Assembly: GCA_964498835.1 (NCBI GenBank) | Contig: CAZCIX010000004.1 | Location: 1,541 to 65,540 of the forward strand | From: an uncultured Burkholderiaceae bacterium | GTDB lineage: Bacteria; Pseudomonadota; Gammaproteobacteria; Burkholderiales; Burkholderiaceae_D | Direction of reading: 5' to 3' | DNA length: 64,000 nt | Part shown: positions 51,034 to 61,848 of the stretch, piece by piece | How positions within the stretch are numbered: the first letter of the stretch is position 1 | Layout: each line of letters opens with the position of its first letter | Translations under genes and position numbers: made by a program | Notes under the pieces: model-generated | Database searches by the model: none | Seen by the model: only the letters and a program-made list of their open reading frames with translations | What the model was told of the DNA's origin: nothing

Positions 51034-53043
51034 ATGGCAACCAAAAAACCCTCCTCCCCTTCCTCCTCCGACTACAGCGAATCATCCATCAAGGTATTAA
51101 AAGGACTAGAACCCGTCAAGCAACGGCCTGGTATGTATACGCGTACCGAAAACCCGCTGCATATCATTCAAGAGGTGATCGACAATGCCTCGGATGAGGC
51201 GTTGGGTGGGTATTGCAAGCACATTGTTGTGACGCAGAATACGGATGGCAGTATCAGCGTGGAGGATGATGGGCGCGGGATTCCGATTGGGTTGCATCCG
51301 GAAGAAAAAATCCCTACGGTTGAAATCGTCTTCACCCGTTTGCATGCTGGTGGTAAGTTCGACAAACAAGCTGGCGGTGCGTATGCCTTTTCTGGTGGTT
51401 TGCATGGCGTTGGCGTATCGGTGACGAATGCGCTGGCGACACGATTGGAAATCACGGTGTGGCGTGAGGGTGGCATCCATACTCTTGCGTTTGCTGATGG
51501 CGAGGTGATCGAAGCGCTGCAGTCGACTAAGGCGCCCAGAGACATCAGCAAAAAAACCGGTACCCGCGTCACAGTGTGGCCAGATCCCAAATATTTCGAT
51601 TCTCCTGTCATTCCGCCTTTAGATTTACAGCGTTCACTGCATTCCAAAGCGGTTTTGTTGCCCGGTGTCAAAGTCACGCTGCAGAATCAAAAAACGGGAG
51701 ATAGTCAAACCTGGCAATACGAACAAGGTTTGCGGGATTATTTGAATGAATCGCTGGCTAAAGCATCCGATCAAGGCGCGTTGATTCCACTGTTTGAAGG
51801 CGCGCAATACATGAGCGCGGGAAGCAGCAACGCAGAAGGATTTGCTGAAGGAGAAGGCGCGGCCTGGGTGGTGGCGTGGACGCAGGAAGGCGCGACGGTG
51901 CGTGAGTCGTATGTCAACTTGATTCCCACGTTTAACGGCGGCACGCATGAATCCGGTTTGCGCGAAGGCTTGTTTGGCGCCATCAAAAGCTTTATCGAAA
52001 TGCATGCGTTATTACCCAAAGGGATTAAGTTGCTACCGGAAGACGTATTCGCACGCGCGTCTTTCGTCTTGTCCGCTAAAGTTTTGGACCCGCAATTTCA
52101 GGGTCAAATCAAAGAGCGCTTAAACTCACGCGATGCCGTCCGCTTGGTTTCTACCATCGTGAAACCCGCGTTGGATTTATGGTTAAATCAGCACATCAAT
52201 GATGGCAAAAAACTGGCCGAACTCATCATCAAACAAGCACAATCCCGCTTGCGTTCGGCACAAAAGGTCGAAAAAAAGAAATCCTCTGGCGTGGCTGTTT
52301 TACCAGGTAAATTAACCGATTGTGAATCCAGCGATATCAGTCGCAACGAATTGTTTTTGGTAGAAGGTGATTCCGCCGGCGGTTCAGCCAAAATGGGGAG
52401 AAACAAAGAATTCCAGGCCATTCTGCCCTTGCGCGGCAAAGTCTTGAATTCCTGGGAAACCGAACGCGACCGCTTGTTTGCTAATAATGAAATTCACGAT
52501 ATTTCCGTCGCCATCGGTATCGATCCACACGGCGAACATGACACAGTGGATTTGAGCAATTTACGCTACGGCAAAATCTGCATCCTGTCCGATGCGGACG
52601 TTGATGGTTCGCATATCCAGGTACTGCTACTGACTTTGTTTTTCAAACATTTTCCGCAACTCATCAAACACGGCCATATCTGCATCGCCCGCCCACCTCT
52701 CTATCGGGTTGATGCACCGGCACGTGGCAAAAAACCTATTCAAAAAATGTACGCCCTAGATGACGATGAGTTGGCGGTCATCGAAGACAAATTACGTAAA
52801 GAAGGAGTTAAAAACGGCGCTTGGTCAATTTCACGCTTCAAAGGTTTGGGTGAAATGAACGCCGAACAATTATGGGAAACCACCATGAATCCCGACACCC
52901 GCCGTCTGTTACCGATCAATCTGGGCGATTACGATCAACAATTCTCAGAACAACGCTTCAACATGCTGATGGGTAAAACCGAAGCTGCCGCCCGGCGTGC
53001 GTGGATGGAAGAAAATGGCAATGTGACTGAGGCGGATATTTAA
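51034..53043 (+). CDS. parE: DNA topoisomerase IV subunit B
   Basis: 669 aa with a GHKL ATPase N-terminus (VIDNASDEA), TOPRIM (EGDSAGG) and the PLRGKVLN motif. Confidence 0.96.
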   Translation: MATKKPSSPSSSDYSESSIKVLKGLEPVKQRPGMYTRTENPLHIIQEVIDNASDEALGGYCKHIVVTQNTDGSISVEDDGRGIPIGLHPEEKIPTVEIVFTRLHAGGKFDKQAGGAYAFSGGLHGVGVSVTNALATRLEITVWREGGIHTLAFADGEVIEALQSTKAPRDISKKTGTRVTVWPDPKYFDSPVIPPLDLQRSLHSKAVLLPGVKVTLQNQKTGDSQTWQYEQGLRDYLNESLAKASDQGALIPLFEGAQYMSAGSSNAEGFAEGEGAAWVVAWTQEGATVRESYVNLIPTFNGGTHESGLREGLFGAIKSFIEMHALLPKGIKLLPEDVFARASFVLSAKVLDPQFQGQIKERLNSRDAVRLVSTIVKPALDLWLNQHINDGKKLAELIIKQAQSRLRSAQKVEKKKSSGVAVLPGKLTDCESSDISRNELFLVEGDSAGGSAKMGRNKEFQAILPLRGKVLNSWETERDRLFANNEIHDISVAIGIDPHGEHDTVDLSNLRYGKICILSDADVDGSHIQVLLLTLFFKHFPQLIKHGHICIARPPLYRVDAPARGKKPIQKMYALDDDELAVIEDKLRKEGVKNGAWSISRFKGLGEMNAEQLWETTMNPDTRRLLPINLGDYDQQFSEQRFNMLMGKTEAAARRAWMEENGNVTEADI

Positions 53044-53046
53044 CCC

Positions 53047-53550
53047 TCAAAACAAACCGGCTGCCTTTTGCTCCAACGACAACAGCAAAGCCTTCGCTTC
53101 CAAACCACCCGCAAAACCCGTTAACGCCCCTGATGCGCCGATCACGCGGTGACATGGTGCGATGATGGAAATCGGATTACGTCCATTAGCCGCACCCACT
53201 GCACGCACGGCTTTTTTATTCCCAATTGCGGTCGCGATGTCTAAATAACTACGCGTTTCGCCATAGGGAATTTGCAACAAAGCTTGCCAAACCTGTTTTT
53301 GGAATTCTGTACCGTTAAATTCCATCGGAAGATCAAATTGTTGCCGTTTTCCTTGGAAATATTCCTGCAATTGTCGCTCGGCTTCTAACAACGTTGAATC
53401 GTTATCCTCTTGCTCCATTTCGCCCAAACGAACGCGATTGGGTTGATCGTTTTCCCACAATATCGCTACCAACTTGGATGATTGAGCGACGATGGTTAAT
53501 TTTCCTAATGGAGAATCGATCAATTTATAGACAAATTTCATACTATTCAT
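53047..53550 (-). CDS. ogt: Methylated-DNA--protein-cysteine methyltransferase
   Basis: Active site IIAPCHRV. The start is taken at Met21 (a GAGG lies 9 nt upstream); the track ORF opens at TTG 53610. Confidence 0.92.
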   Translation of the reverse strand: MNSMKFVYKLIDSPLGKLTIVAQSSKLVAILWENDQPNRVRLGEMEQEDNDSTLLEAERQLQEYFQGKRQQFDLPMEFNGTEFQKQVWQALLQIPYGETRSYLDIATAIGNKKAVRAVGAANGRNPISIIAPCHRVIGASGALTGFAGGLEAKALLLSLEQKAAGLF

Positions 53551-53638
53551 ACTCAATACCTCATCACAATCGCAATTAGCATCATCCAAAGCAACATTGT
53601 AGACCGCCAAACATTTTAAAAAAGCGCCTTAATTCCGC

Positions 53639-56068
53639 TCAACGGATTTTTGGCAGATCAGTGGCAGACGCCGCACCTCGCCAGCGACGCAACATCAAAG
53701 CATTAGTGACGACACTCACGCTACTGAAAGCCATGGCTGCACCTGCAATAACAGGACTTAGCATGCCAAATGCTGCTAGAGGAATACCTAGTACGTTGTA
53801 CGCAAATGCCCAACATAGGCCCTGTTTAATTTTTGAATAAGTACGGCGCGAAACATCAAATGAATCCGCCACCAAACGCGGATCACCACGCATGAGGGTG
53901 ATACCTGCCGCTTCCATCGCCACATCAGTACCAGTCGACATCGACAAGCCAACGTCCGCCGCCGCCAGAGACGGCGCATCGTTCAGTCCATCACCCACCA
54001 TTGCCACAATGTGCCCCTGCTTGCGCAATTCCTGCACGATACCCACCTTATCACCCGGCAACAATTCTGCATGGATGTCATTGATACCAAGTTCACGCGC
54101 CACAATATGAGCACTACCACGATTATCACCGCTCAACATCACCGTCTGAATACCAAGCTTGCGCAACCGTGCAACAGCAGCATAAGCCGCTGGTTTAATC
54201 ATGTCACCAAAGGCTAACAAACCTAGTACATAAGCCCGATTGTTCTCGCGTGCCAGCAACCAAGAGATGGTTCGACCTTCACGCTCAAGGCGCTCAGCCG
54301 TGGCCAGCAGCGCACCCGGATCAGCATGTTCCTCGTTCATCAAGCGCGTGCTGCCCAGCAATAGGTGCCGGCCATCGACCACTGCTTGTACTCCCCGCCC
54401 CGGCAGCGCCCGAACCTCATGTGCCTGCGGCACAGTAAAATGCTGATCCCTGACCTTCTCCATCACCGCATGTGCAAGCGGATGGTCACTACTCTTCTGC
54501 AATGCGGCAGCAAGTTGTAACACTTCTTCCGAATCGTTTCCATCAATTGCCTCGATTACGACCAACGACGGCTTACCTTCAGTCAATGTGCCTGTCTTAT
54601 CGAAAGCCACGGTAGTCACCAAATGTGCCACTTCCAACGCCTCAGCATCCTTGATGAGGATACCCTGGCGAGCAGCTACACCTGTACCAACCATGATGGC
54701 AGTGGGTGTAGCCAGACCAAGTGCACAAGGACAAGCAATCACTAGAACAGCGACAGCATTAATCAAGGCCTGCTCTGTACTGGCACCAGCAAGAAGCCAG
54801 CCACTGAAAGTCAATAATGCAAGGCCAATAACAATGGGGACAAAAACCGCACTCACTCGGTCGACAATACGCTGAATAGGAGCCTTCGCCACCTGTGCTG
54901 ATTCCACCATACGAATGATCCTGGCCAACATGGTCTCCGTACCAATCGCCACAGTGCGAACTTGCATTACGCCTTCCTCATTGACGGATCCACCGGTTAC
55001 CTTATCGCCAACGTCCTTGGTCACTGGCAAGCTTTCGCCAGTGATGAGTGATTCATTGACATGACTGCGACCAACAACGACTTCGCCATCTACCGGTACC
55101 CGCTCTCCTGGGCGAATAACCACAATGTCACCAACCGCAACCTGTTCGACAGGTGTGGAAACCTCCATACCATCGACCATAACCCGAGCGATGGTCGGCC
55201 GCAACCCATTCAGCGAATTGATCGCGTCGGCAGTCTGCCGTTTAGCCCGCGTTTCAAGCCACTTGCCGAGCAACACCAACGTGATAACCGCGGCCGAAGC
55301 CTCGAAGTACACATGCGGCATGCCATGTTCGGCATGCTTCCACAGCAAATACACCGAAAGCCCATATGCCGCGCTTGTGCCAAGCACAACCAACAAATCC
55401 ATATTGCCAGTCCCTGCCTTCATGGCTTTCCAGCCAGCGCGGTAAAAGCGCGCGCCAAGACAAAACTGCACCGGTGTCGCCAAAGCAAGCTGCACCCAAC
55501 CGTCCAGCATCCAGTCGATGCCAAACAAGTTCAACAACATCGGCAGCACCAACGGAAGCGTTAGCAACGTGCTGACAAGAACCGGCCACCATTGAGGCAA
55601 CCCTGTATTAGCAGGTACAGCAGGGGCAATCTCGACTGGTTTGGCAACGTATCCCGCCTTGTTAACAGCCGCTGCCAGCGTTGCGAAAGAAACGGTAGCG
55701 AGCGCCAAGACGGTAGCCTTCTCAGTCGCAAGGTTCACCGTCGCAACCAATACACCAGGGATAGACAGTAGCTTTTTTTCCACTCGACCAACACACGAGG
55801 CACAGGTCATCCCTTGGATCAAAAACTCGGTCTGCTCGGTGCGAATCTCATAGCCAGCCTTGCGCACGACTTCTACAAGCACCCGGACATCTACATCACT
55901 TGAAGTACGCACAGTCACTTCCTCGGTTGCGAGATTGACCGAAGTGCGCTCTACGCCTGGCACCTCCTGTAACGCTTTCTCAACGCGAAAAACACAACTC
56001 GAACAAGTCATGCCTTTAACAGGAAGCGTGAACTCCAAAGTAGTGGTTGGCATAATCGTTGTATTCAT
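53639..56068 (-). CDS. copA: Copper-translocating P1B-type ATPase
   Basis: It has two N-terminal HMA domains (GMTCSSC, GMTCASC), the TM CPC motif ([11 protein letters not shown]), DKTGTLT and GDGLNDAP. A 100-nt sample is ~60% GC. The track ORF opens at TTG 56080; the first ATG is at 56068. Confidence 0.95.
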   Translation of the reverse strand: MNTTIMPTTTLEFTLPVKGMTCSSCVFRVEKALQEVPGVERTSVNLATEEVTVRTSSDVDVRVLVEVVRKAGYEIRTEQTEFLIQGMTCASCVGRVEKKLLSIPGVLVATVNLATEKATVLALATVSFATLAAAVNKAGYVAKPVEIAPAVPANTGLPQWWPVLVSTLLTLPLVLPMLLNLFGIDWMLDGWVQLALATPVQFCLGARFYRAGWKAMKAGTGNMDLLVVLGTSAAYGLSVYLLWKHAEHGMPHVYFEASAAVITLVLLGKWLETRAKRQTADAINSLNGLRPTIARVMVDGMEVSTPVEQVAVGDIVVIRPGERVPVDGEVVVGRSHVNESLITGESLPVTKDVGDKVTGGSVNEEGVMQVRTVAIGTETMLARIIRMVESAQVAKAPIQRIVDRVSAVFVPIVIGLALLTFSGWLLAGASTEQALINAVAVLVIACPCALGLATPTAIMVGTGVAARQGILIKDAEALEVAHLVTTVAFDKTGTLTEGKPSLVVIEAIDGNDSEEVLQLAAALQKSSDHPLAHAVMEKVRDQHFTVPQAHEVRALPGRGVQAVVDGRHLLLGSTRLMNEEHADPGALLATAERLEREGRTISWLLARENNRAYVLGLLAFGDMIKPAAYAAVARLRKLGIQTVMLSGDNRGSAHIVARELGINDIHAELLPGDKVGIVQELRKQGHIVAMVGDGLNDAPSLAAADVGLSMSTGTDVAMEAAGITLMRGDPRLVADSFDVSRRTYSKIKQGLCWAFAYNVLGIPLAAFGMLSPVIAGAAMAFSSVSVVTNALMLRRWRGAASATDLPKIR

Positions 56069-56220
56069 AAGAATATCCAATTCGTTGGTTTATTAATAAA
56101 TCGCCATTTTTGCCCTTTTCATTATTATGAGGGGAAAGCGATTTACAAAAAATTTTCTAATCTGTATTAGTTCAGATAATATCTGCCAGATACCCTATAA
56201 AAACTGGCCACTGTCAGATC

Positions 56221-56550
56221 GGGGCTGTGCTAGTACAAATAAAATCCCCGCAAAATGGCATCGTCAAAGACGTCGCTACGACTTCCATCGGTGCCGTCGT
56301 ATAACCCTGCAGCGTGTTAATCACTTTGGTACCGCAGAACGAAAAATTGTTTGTCGATGTCACGATTAAAAACGAAGACGTTAGTTTTGTGCACGCTGGC
56401 CAAACTGCGCAAATCAAACTAGCGGCTGATCCTTTCAAAAAATACGGCATGCAAATTGTTGCGAAAATCAACCAAGGAAAACACAGCGTGCTGGAATATT
56501 TTCTGTCGCCAGTGCAGAAGGTGTTGCAGGAGGCTGGGCATGAACGATAA
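56221..56550 (+). pseudogene. Relic of an HlyD-family (type I secretion / efflux) membrane-fusion adaptor, C-terminal fragment only
   Basis: One frame reads GAVLVQIKSPQNGIVKDVATTSIGAVV*PCSVLITLVPQNEKLFVDVTIKNEDVSFVHAGQTAQIKLAADPFKKYG...SVLEYFLSPVQKVLQEAGHER. It has an in-frame TAA (~56302). About 300 N-terminal aa are missing, and roughly 50 aa are apparently deleted before the SVLEY motif. Confidence 0.7.
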
Positions 56551-56585
56551 CCTAAATGGCGCTACGCGAAAAATGAATGAACTAG

Positions 56586-56605
56586 ATTCCCGCTTACGTG
56601 GGAAT
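56586..56605. repeat. ATTCCC-N8-GGGAAT palindrome (dRS3/NIME-like repeat unit)
   Basis: The sequence is ctagATTCCCgcttacgtGGGAATgac. It can fold as an 8-bp stem (one G-U pair) with a 4-nt loop. Only one copy occurs in the window. Confidence 0.45.
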
Positions 56606-56674
56606 GACTGTACTAATACTTAGTAATTTTTATTGAATCATTTTTGTAAATTAAAAACTGAACCCATCCCCACC

Positions 56675-59080
56675 ATGTACGAACAAGCCAATCTATTTGA
56701 CTCACAACCCGAGCCCGAACCAAGTCCGAGTGAAATCCTCACCCTCGCCACCTTTGCTGAACGCGCTTATCTGGATTACGCCATTTCTGTCGTCAAAGGC
56801 CGCGCGCTGCCGGATGTGTCGGATGGGCAAAAACCGGTGCAGCGGCGTATTTTGTATGCCATGCATGAATTGGGATTGCATGCTGGCGCCAAACCCCGCA
56901 AATCCGCCGCAGTCGTTGGTGATGTGCTGGGTAAACTCCATCCACATGGCGATCAATCGGTGTATGACGCGCTGGTGCGGATGACGCAGGACTTTTCGTT
57001 GCGTTATCCATTAATTGATGGCCACGGCAATTTTGGCTCGCGCGATGGCGATGGTGCGGCGGCGATGCGGTATACCGAAGCGCGCCTGACGCCAATTTCC
57101 ACCCTGTTGTTGGACGAAATCAATTTAGACACGGTCGACTTCCAACCCAATTACGATGGTTCTTATCAAGAACCTAAGTTGCTGCCAGCACGTTTGCCTA
57201 TGGTGCTGCTGAATGGTGCATCCGGTATTGCGGTCGGCATGGCAACGGAAATCCCTTCTCACAATTTGCGGGAAGTGGCACAAGCAGCAATTGCCATGAT
57301 CCGTAATCCAGATATGACGCAGGATGAATTGATGGCTTTGATGCCTGGGCCGGATTTTCCTGGCGGCGGTCAAATCATTACCCCGCTTTCGACCATTGCC
57401 GAGATTTACAACACAGGTCGTGGCAGCGTAAAAGTACGGGCACGCTGGAAAATAGAAGACATGGCGCGCGGTCAATGGCAAGCAGTAGTAACAGAATTGC
57501 CACCTGGCACCTCGGCGCAAAAGGTGTTGGAAGAAATTGAAGAACTCAGCAATCCCAAAATCAAGCTAGGCAAAAAAACGCTATCAGCCGAACAAATCGC
57601 GATGAAGCAATTGATTTTGGCCAATCTGGACAGTATTCGTGATGAATCAGGCCGCGAAGCATCGGTGCGCTTGGTGTTGGAGCCCAAATCCAAAAACCAG
57701 GATCCGACCGAATTCATGCACCTGTTGCTAGCGCACACATCGTTGGAATGTAGCAATTCCATCAACCTGGTCATGATAGGTGGCGATGGGCGCCCACGGC
57801 AAAAGGGCTTAAGCGCCATCCTGCGCGAATGGATCAATTTCCGCTTCACCAGCGTCACTCGTAGAACGCAATGCAAGCTGCGCAAGGTCAATGAGCGCAT
57901 CCATATTCTGGAAGGCCGTGCCACCGTTTTGCTCAACATTGATGAGGTTATCCGCATCATCCGTGAATCAGATGAACCCAAACCGGCGTTGATCGATGCG
58001 TTTTCGCTCTCAGATCGGCAGGCGGAAGACATTTTAGAAATCCGCCTACGCCAATTGGCACGGTTAGAAGCCATCAAAATCGAGCAGGAATTGACCGCAT
58101 TGCGAGCTGAAAAGGACCACTTGCAGGATTTGCTAGATCATCCCGCTTCCATGAAAAAATGTATCATCAAGGAAATCGAAGCCGATCAAAAACAATTTGG
58201 CGATGGGCGCAGAACTCTGATCGAAGAAGCACAAAAAGCCGTCGTTGATCAAAAAGTGGTTGATGAACCCGTCACCGTCATCATTTCCCAACAAGGCTGG
58301 CTGCGCGCCCGCACTGGGCATGGGCATGATGCGACGCAATTCACCTTCAAAGCAGGCGACACGCTATACGCCGCTTTTGAAGTACGCACCGTCGATCATT
58401 TATTGGCATTTGGCAATAATGGAAAGGTGTATTCCGTCCCCGTCTCCACCTTACCCGGTGCACGTGGCGATGGCGTACCGATTACCACGTTGATTGAATT
58501 ATCCAAAAATACCCGCATCACACATTATTTTGCCGGCGCTGCCGACACCACGTTATTACTCGCCTCCAGCGCAGGTCTGGGCTTTACCGCCAAAATCACC
58601 GACATGCTGAGTCGAATCAAAGGTGGAAAAAACTTTATCACCTTACAGTCCGATACAGATACCGATGCAGAACCAGTTCTGCTCGCCCCACGTATGATTC
58701 CCAGCCATGCCACCGCCATCGCCTGCTTATCAGGAAACGGCCGCCTGCTGGTATTTGATGTCACAGAAATCAAATCCTTATCCAACGGCGGACGCGGCAC
58801 CACGCTGATGCAATTGGAAGAGAATGAAAAGTTACTAGCCGCCCAAGCCATCACCGCCAAAGGTGTAATCGTCTCCGGCACCGGGCGTGGCGGCAAAGCG
58901 CAAGAAGTCACGCTATCAGGTGCTGCATTGGTCGTACACACCAGCAAACGCGCCCGCAAAGGGAAGGCGTTGCAGGCGAAGTTGAAGCCTGATAATTTGG
59001 CGATGGTGGATGCCAGCCCCCTCTCCACAACATTACAAACCGTTACAACTTTTACCAAATCAACAAGAGATATTGTGTAA
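56675..59080 (+). CDS. parC: DNA topoisomerase IV subunit A
   Basis: GyrA/ParC family with the active-site region AAMRYTE. The start is taken at Met15 (MYEQANLFD); the track ORF starts at 56633. Confidence 0.96.
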   Translation: MYEQANLFDSQPEPEPSPSEILTLATFAERAYLDYAISVVKGRALPDVSDGQKPVQRRILYAMHELGLHAGAKPRKSAAVVGDVLGKLHPHGDQSVYDALVRMTQDFSLRYPLIDGHGNFGSRDGDGAAAMRYTEARLTPISTLLLDEINLDTVDFQPNYDGSYQEPKLLPARLPMVLLNGASGIAVGMATEIPSHNLREVAQAAIAMIRNPDMTQDELMALMPGPDFPGGGQIITPLSTIAEIYNTGRGSVKVRARWKIEDMARGQWQAVVTELPPGTSAQKVLEEIEELSNPKIKLGKKTLSAEQIAMKQLILANLDSIRDESGREASVRLVLEPKSKNQDPTEFMHLLLAHTSLECSNSINLVMIGGDGRPRQKGLSAILREWINFRFTSVTRRTQCKLRKVNERIHILEGRATVLLNIDEVIRIIRESDEPKPALIDAFSLSDRQAEDILEIRLRQLARLEAIKIEQELTALRAEKDHLQDLLDHPASMKKCIIKEIEADQKQFGDGRRTLIEEAQKAVVDQKVVDEPVTVIISQQGWLRARTGHGHDATQFTFKAGDTLYAAFEVRTVDHLLAFGNNGKVYSVPVSTLPGARGDGVPITTLIELSKNTRITHYFAGAADTTLLLASSAGLGFTAKITDMLSRIKGGKNFITLQSDTDTDAEPVLLAPRMIPSHATAIACLSGNGRLLVFDVTEIKSLSNGGRGTTLMQLEENEKLLAAQAITAKGVIVSGTGRGGKAQEVTLSGAALVVHTSKRARKGKALQAKLKPDNLAMVDASPLSTTLQTVTTFTKSTRDIV

Positions 59081-59139
59081 AAAGACATACACTTCGAGAT
59101 ACTCACTCCAAGCTGACAAGAGGAAACAGGAGACACGCG

Positions 59140-59484
59140 ATGAAAGCACTGAACATAAAGCTTCATCCATGGATTGCGCCTTTACTTATATTAATCATGA
59201 CTGGAACGAGCAATGCGTACGCAAGCCGTGACACCCTGTTTCCTTCAGATTTGCCTTATACAAGTGATGAACCCAATCCTCGTGAGGCTCACATACCACC
59301 GCCCAAAGGGCGGCGTCACCCCCGATTTGCCCCACACGCAGAAAATGACGTGCGCAATGCGGATTTTTATTCACCCGCCAGAAAAAAAAATCGCAACCGG
59401 ATGACGCCCGAAGAGCGGCGAGATTTACGCCGTCAAATCAATGAAGCTGGATCGCATTTGTATCCTCATGAGTTTCGGCATTAA
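59140..59484 (+). CDS. Hypothetical secreted protein
   Basis: 114 aa with a signal peptide, a basic C-terminal helix (RMTPEERRDLRRQINEA) and a GGAG RBS. Confidence 0.5.
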   Translation: MKALNIKLHPWIAPLLILIMTGTSNAYASRDTLFPSDLPYTSDEPNPREAHIPPPKGRRHPRFAPHAENDVRNADFYSPARKKNRNRMTPEERRDLRRQINEAGSHLYPHEFRH

Positions 59485-59503
59485 TCACTACCAATTCACA
59501 CCA

Positions 59504-60280
59504 CTAATTATCACCAAACAAAGTAAAAAAATTCTCACTAGTCTGCTGCGCAACTTGCGCTAGCGGAATGCCTTTCAAATCTGCCAAATATTCCGCCACA
59601 TGGCGCACAAAACCCGGCTCGTTGGTTTTACCACGATGTGGCATGGGAGCTAAATATGGGGAATCGGTTTCGATCAAAATGCGCTCCAGCGGTACCGCAC
59701 GCGCCACGGCTTGCAAATCCTTGGCACTTTTAAACGTCACGATTCCAGAAAATGAAATATAAAACCCCATCGCCATCGCGGCTTCTGCTACTTCCAATGA
59801 CTCAGTAAAACAATGCATCACGCCAGCAGGGCCACCTTGATCCACTCCGGCACCCTCTTCTTGCATGATGCGTATCGTGTCAGCAGAGGCTTGTCTGGTA
59901 TGAATAATCAAAGGCTTACCAGTCGCTCTGGCAGCACGTATATGCACCCTAAATCTCTCACGCTGCCATTCCAAATCCCCTTGCAGACGGAAATAATCTA
60001 GGCCGGTTTCACCAATCGCAATAATCCTGGGATGACGCGCTAATTCCACCAAACCTTCTACCGTAGGTTCGGGCGTGTCTTCGTAATCTGGATGCACCCC
60101 CACCGAAGCGTAGATATTCGGATATTGCTCAGCCAAGGCCAACACCTGCGGAAAATCCGGCAAATTCACGGACACGCATAAGGCATGACTGACTTTGTTT
60201 TCCTGCATTTTGTTAAAAATCTCAGGCAAACGTGCCGCCAATTCCGGAAAATTAATGTGGCAATGAGAGTCGATATACAT
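59504..60280 (-). CDS. tatD: TatD-family metal-dependent hydrolase/DNase
   Basis: 258 aa starting MYIDSHCHINF, with conserved His/Glu/Asp metal ligands. Confidence 0.92.
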   Translation of the reverse strand: MYIDSHCHINFPELAARLPEIFNKMQENKVSHALCVSVNLPDFPQVLALAEQYPNIYASVGVHPDYEDTPEPTVEGLVELARHPRIIAIGETGLDYFRLQGDLEWQRERFRVHIRAARATGKPLIIHTRQASADTIRIMQEEGAGVDQGGPAGVMHCFTESLEVAEAAMAMGFYISFSGIVTFKSAKDLQAVARAVPLERILIETDSPYLAPMPHRGKTNEPGFVRHVAEYLADLKGIPLAQVAQQTSENFFTLFGDN

Positions 60281-60303
60281 ATTATTTTTATTTATTTAAT
60301 TAA

Positions 60304-61104
60304 TTATTTAAAACCATACACATCCATCGCCAACACGCCATATTGATAACTGGTATGTAATCGCTCTGCTTTGGCGTCATCACCCGCCGCGCCCATGGCG
60401 ACAAACAAGGGCAACAAATGCTCTTCAGTCGGATGATTACGCACAGCAGAAGGTGCTTGGGTACGATAATTCAACAAGGCTGAGCGTTGGTTACTATCCA
60501 GTTTATCTTTCACCCAATCACCAAAATCACTTACCCAAGATGGCACATCGGCATTAACTGCCTGGCCGCGTACTTCATACAAATTATGCGTGAGTGAACC
60601 AGAACCAATAATCAACACACCTTCGTTGCGTAAGGTCTGCAAAACTTGGCCTATTTTCTCATGCGCGGCAGGTGATACGTTGTGCACCACAGATAACTGC
60701 ATGACGGGAATATTCGCGTCGGGATACATCAATCGCAATGGCACCCATGCGCCATGATCCAAGCCGCGTGTGGCGTCACGTGTAACTGCGTAGCCTGCTT
60801 GTTCGAGCAAATCAGCAGTACGCATCGCCAGTGTGGGTGCGCCTAGTACAGGATAGTCAATCTCAAACAAAGCACGCGGAAAACCACCAAAATCATGTAT
60901 CGTCTCAGGCTGCTCAGCCAAGCTGACGGCGAGATGATGCGTCGTTTCCCAATGCGCAGAAACCACTAAAATTGCCTGAGGACGCGGTAAGCTAGCACCC
61001 AACTGGCGTAAAAAACTATGCGCTGGGCTATCTTGAATCGCCAACATAGGCGAGCCATGCGAGATAAATAATGTGGGTAATGTAGATACCATTGCGCTGT
61101 GCAT
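60304..61104 (-). CDS. ygiD: 4,5-DOPA dioxygenase extradiol (YgiD family, class III extradiol dioxygenase)
   Basis: The N-terminus contains TLFISHGSPM, and the His ligands are conserved. The start is taken at Met9 (a GGAG lies 8 nt upstream); the ORF extends to 61128. Confidence 0.85.
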   Translation of the reverse strand: MHSAMVSTLPTLFISHGSPMLAIQDSPAHSFLRQLGASLPRPQAILVVSAHWETTHHLAVSLAEQPETIHDFGGFPRALFEIDYPVLGAPTLAMRTADLLEQAGYAVTRDATRGLDHGAWVPLRLMYPDANIPVMQLSVVHNVSPAAHEKIGQVLQTLRNEGVLIIGSGSLTHNLYEVRGQAVNADVPSWVSDFGDWVKDKLDSNQRSALLNYRTQAPSAVRNHPTEEHLLPLFVAMGAAGDDAKAERLHTSYQYGVLAMDVYGFK

Positions 61105-61188
61105 TTGACTTCTCCGAAACAATGTCATGATCGATTTGTATTAATTTTTAATTTATTAATTAGCCAACTTAATTTTATTTTATCCGCC

Positions 61189-61788
61189 ATGCAGCGCAAT
61201 CACACGACGTACATAACACACGCCACACAAAAGACACATATCCCATCACGATTAATCCTTTTTAACAAACCATATGGGGTACTTAGCCAATTTCAAGCGG
61301 AAGGACGCTGGCAAGGGTTAAAAAATTTTATTGACGTGCCCGATGTCTATGCGGCAGGCAGATTAGATGCGGACAGCGAAGGATTGTTGCTGCTGACCAA
61401 CGATGGCAAACTGCAAGCACGCATTGCGGATCCGCGCTTCAAAATGGAAAAAACTTATTGGGTGCAAGTGGAAGGCATACCTGATGAAATTGCCCTGAAA
61501 CAACTACGTCAAGGTGTGATGCTCAAAGACGGATTGACCAAACCAGCCAAAGCACAACTACTGCCACAAGCGCCCAACATCTGGGAACGACAACCACCGA
61601 TTCGCGTACGGCAAACCATTCCCACCGCGTGGCTGGAATTAACAATTAGCGAAGGCCGTAACCGCCAAGTACGACGGATGACAGCCGGAGTTGGATTTCC
61701 GACTTTGCGCTTGATACGCATAAGAATTGGCCCTTATGCCATTGGCAATTTGGCACCAGCTTGCTGGACGGAAATTATTTCTTCCTAA
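61189..61788 (+). CDS. rluE: 23S rRNA pseudouridine synthase RluE
   Basis: LILFNKPYGVLSQF...YAAGRLDADSEGLLLLTNDG...EGRNRQVRRMTAGVGFPTLRLIR closely resembles E. coli RluE. The start is taken at Met31 of the track ORF. Confidence 0.88.
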   Translation: MQRNHTTYITHATQKTHIPSRLILFNKPYGVLSQFQAEGRWQGLKNFIDVPDVYAAGRLDADSEGLLLLTNDGKLQARIADPRFKMEKTYWVQVEGIPDEIALKQLRQGVMLKDGLTKPAKAQLLPQAPNIWERQPPIRVRQTIPTAWLELTISEGRNRQVRRMTAGVGFPTLRLIRIRIGPYAIGNLAPACWTEIISS

Positions 61789-61848
61789 CAAAAACATTGC
61801 TGTATCCTTTCCAAACAATATAGGACGCAACCACAGGAGGAACACATT

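Noticed and set aside
56069-56220. A possible CueR/MerR-type operator upstream of copA. The 80-aa track ORF at 56127-56369 lies in the same region.
   Set aside because: Only a weak partial dyad (cccctcat...atgaaaaggg) is present, with no 19-bp-spacer promoter that I could define. The 80-aa ORF is out of frame with the HlyD-like remnant and has no recognisable features.
57472-59166. Minus-strand ORFs of 201 aa (57472-58077) and 213 aa (58525-59166) inside parC.
   Set aside because: They are antisense to a full-length, motif-bearing ParC ORF, and no domain is recognisable in them.
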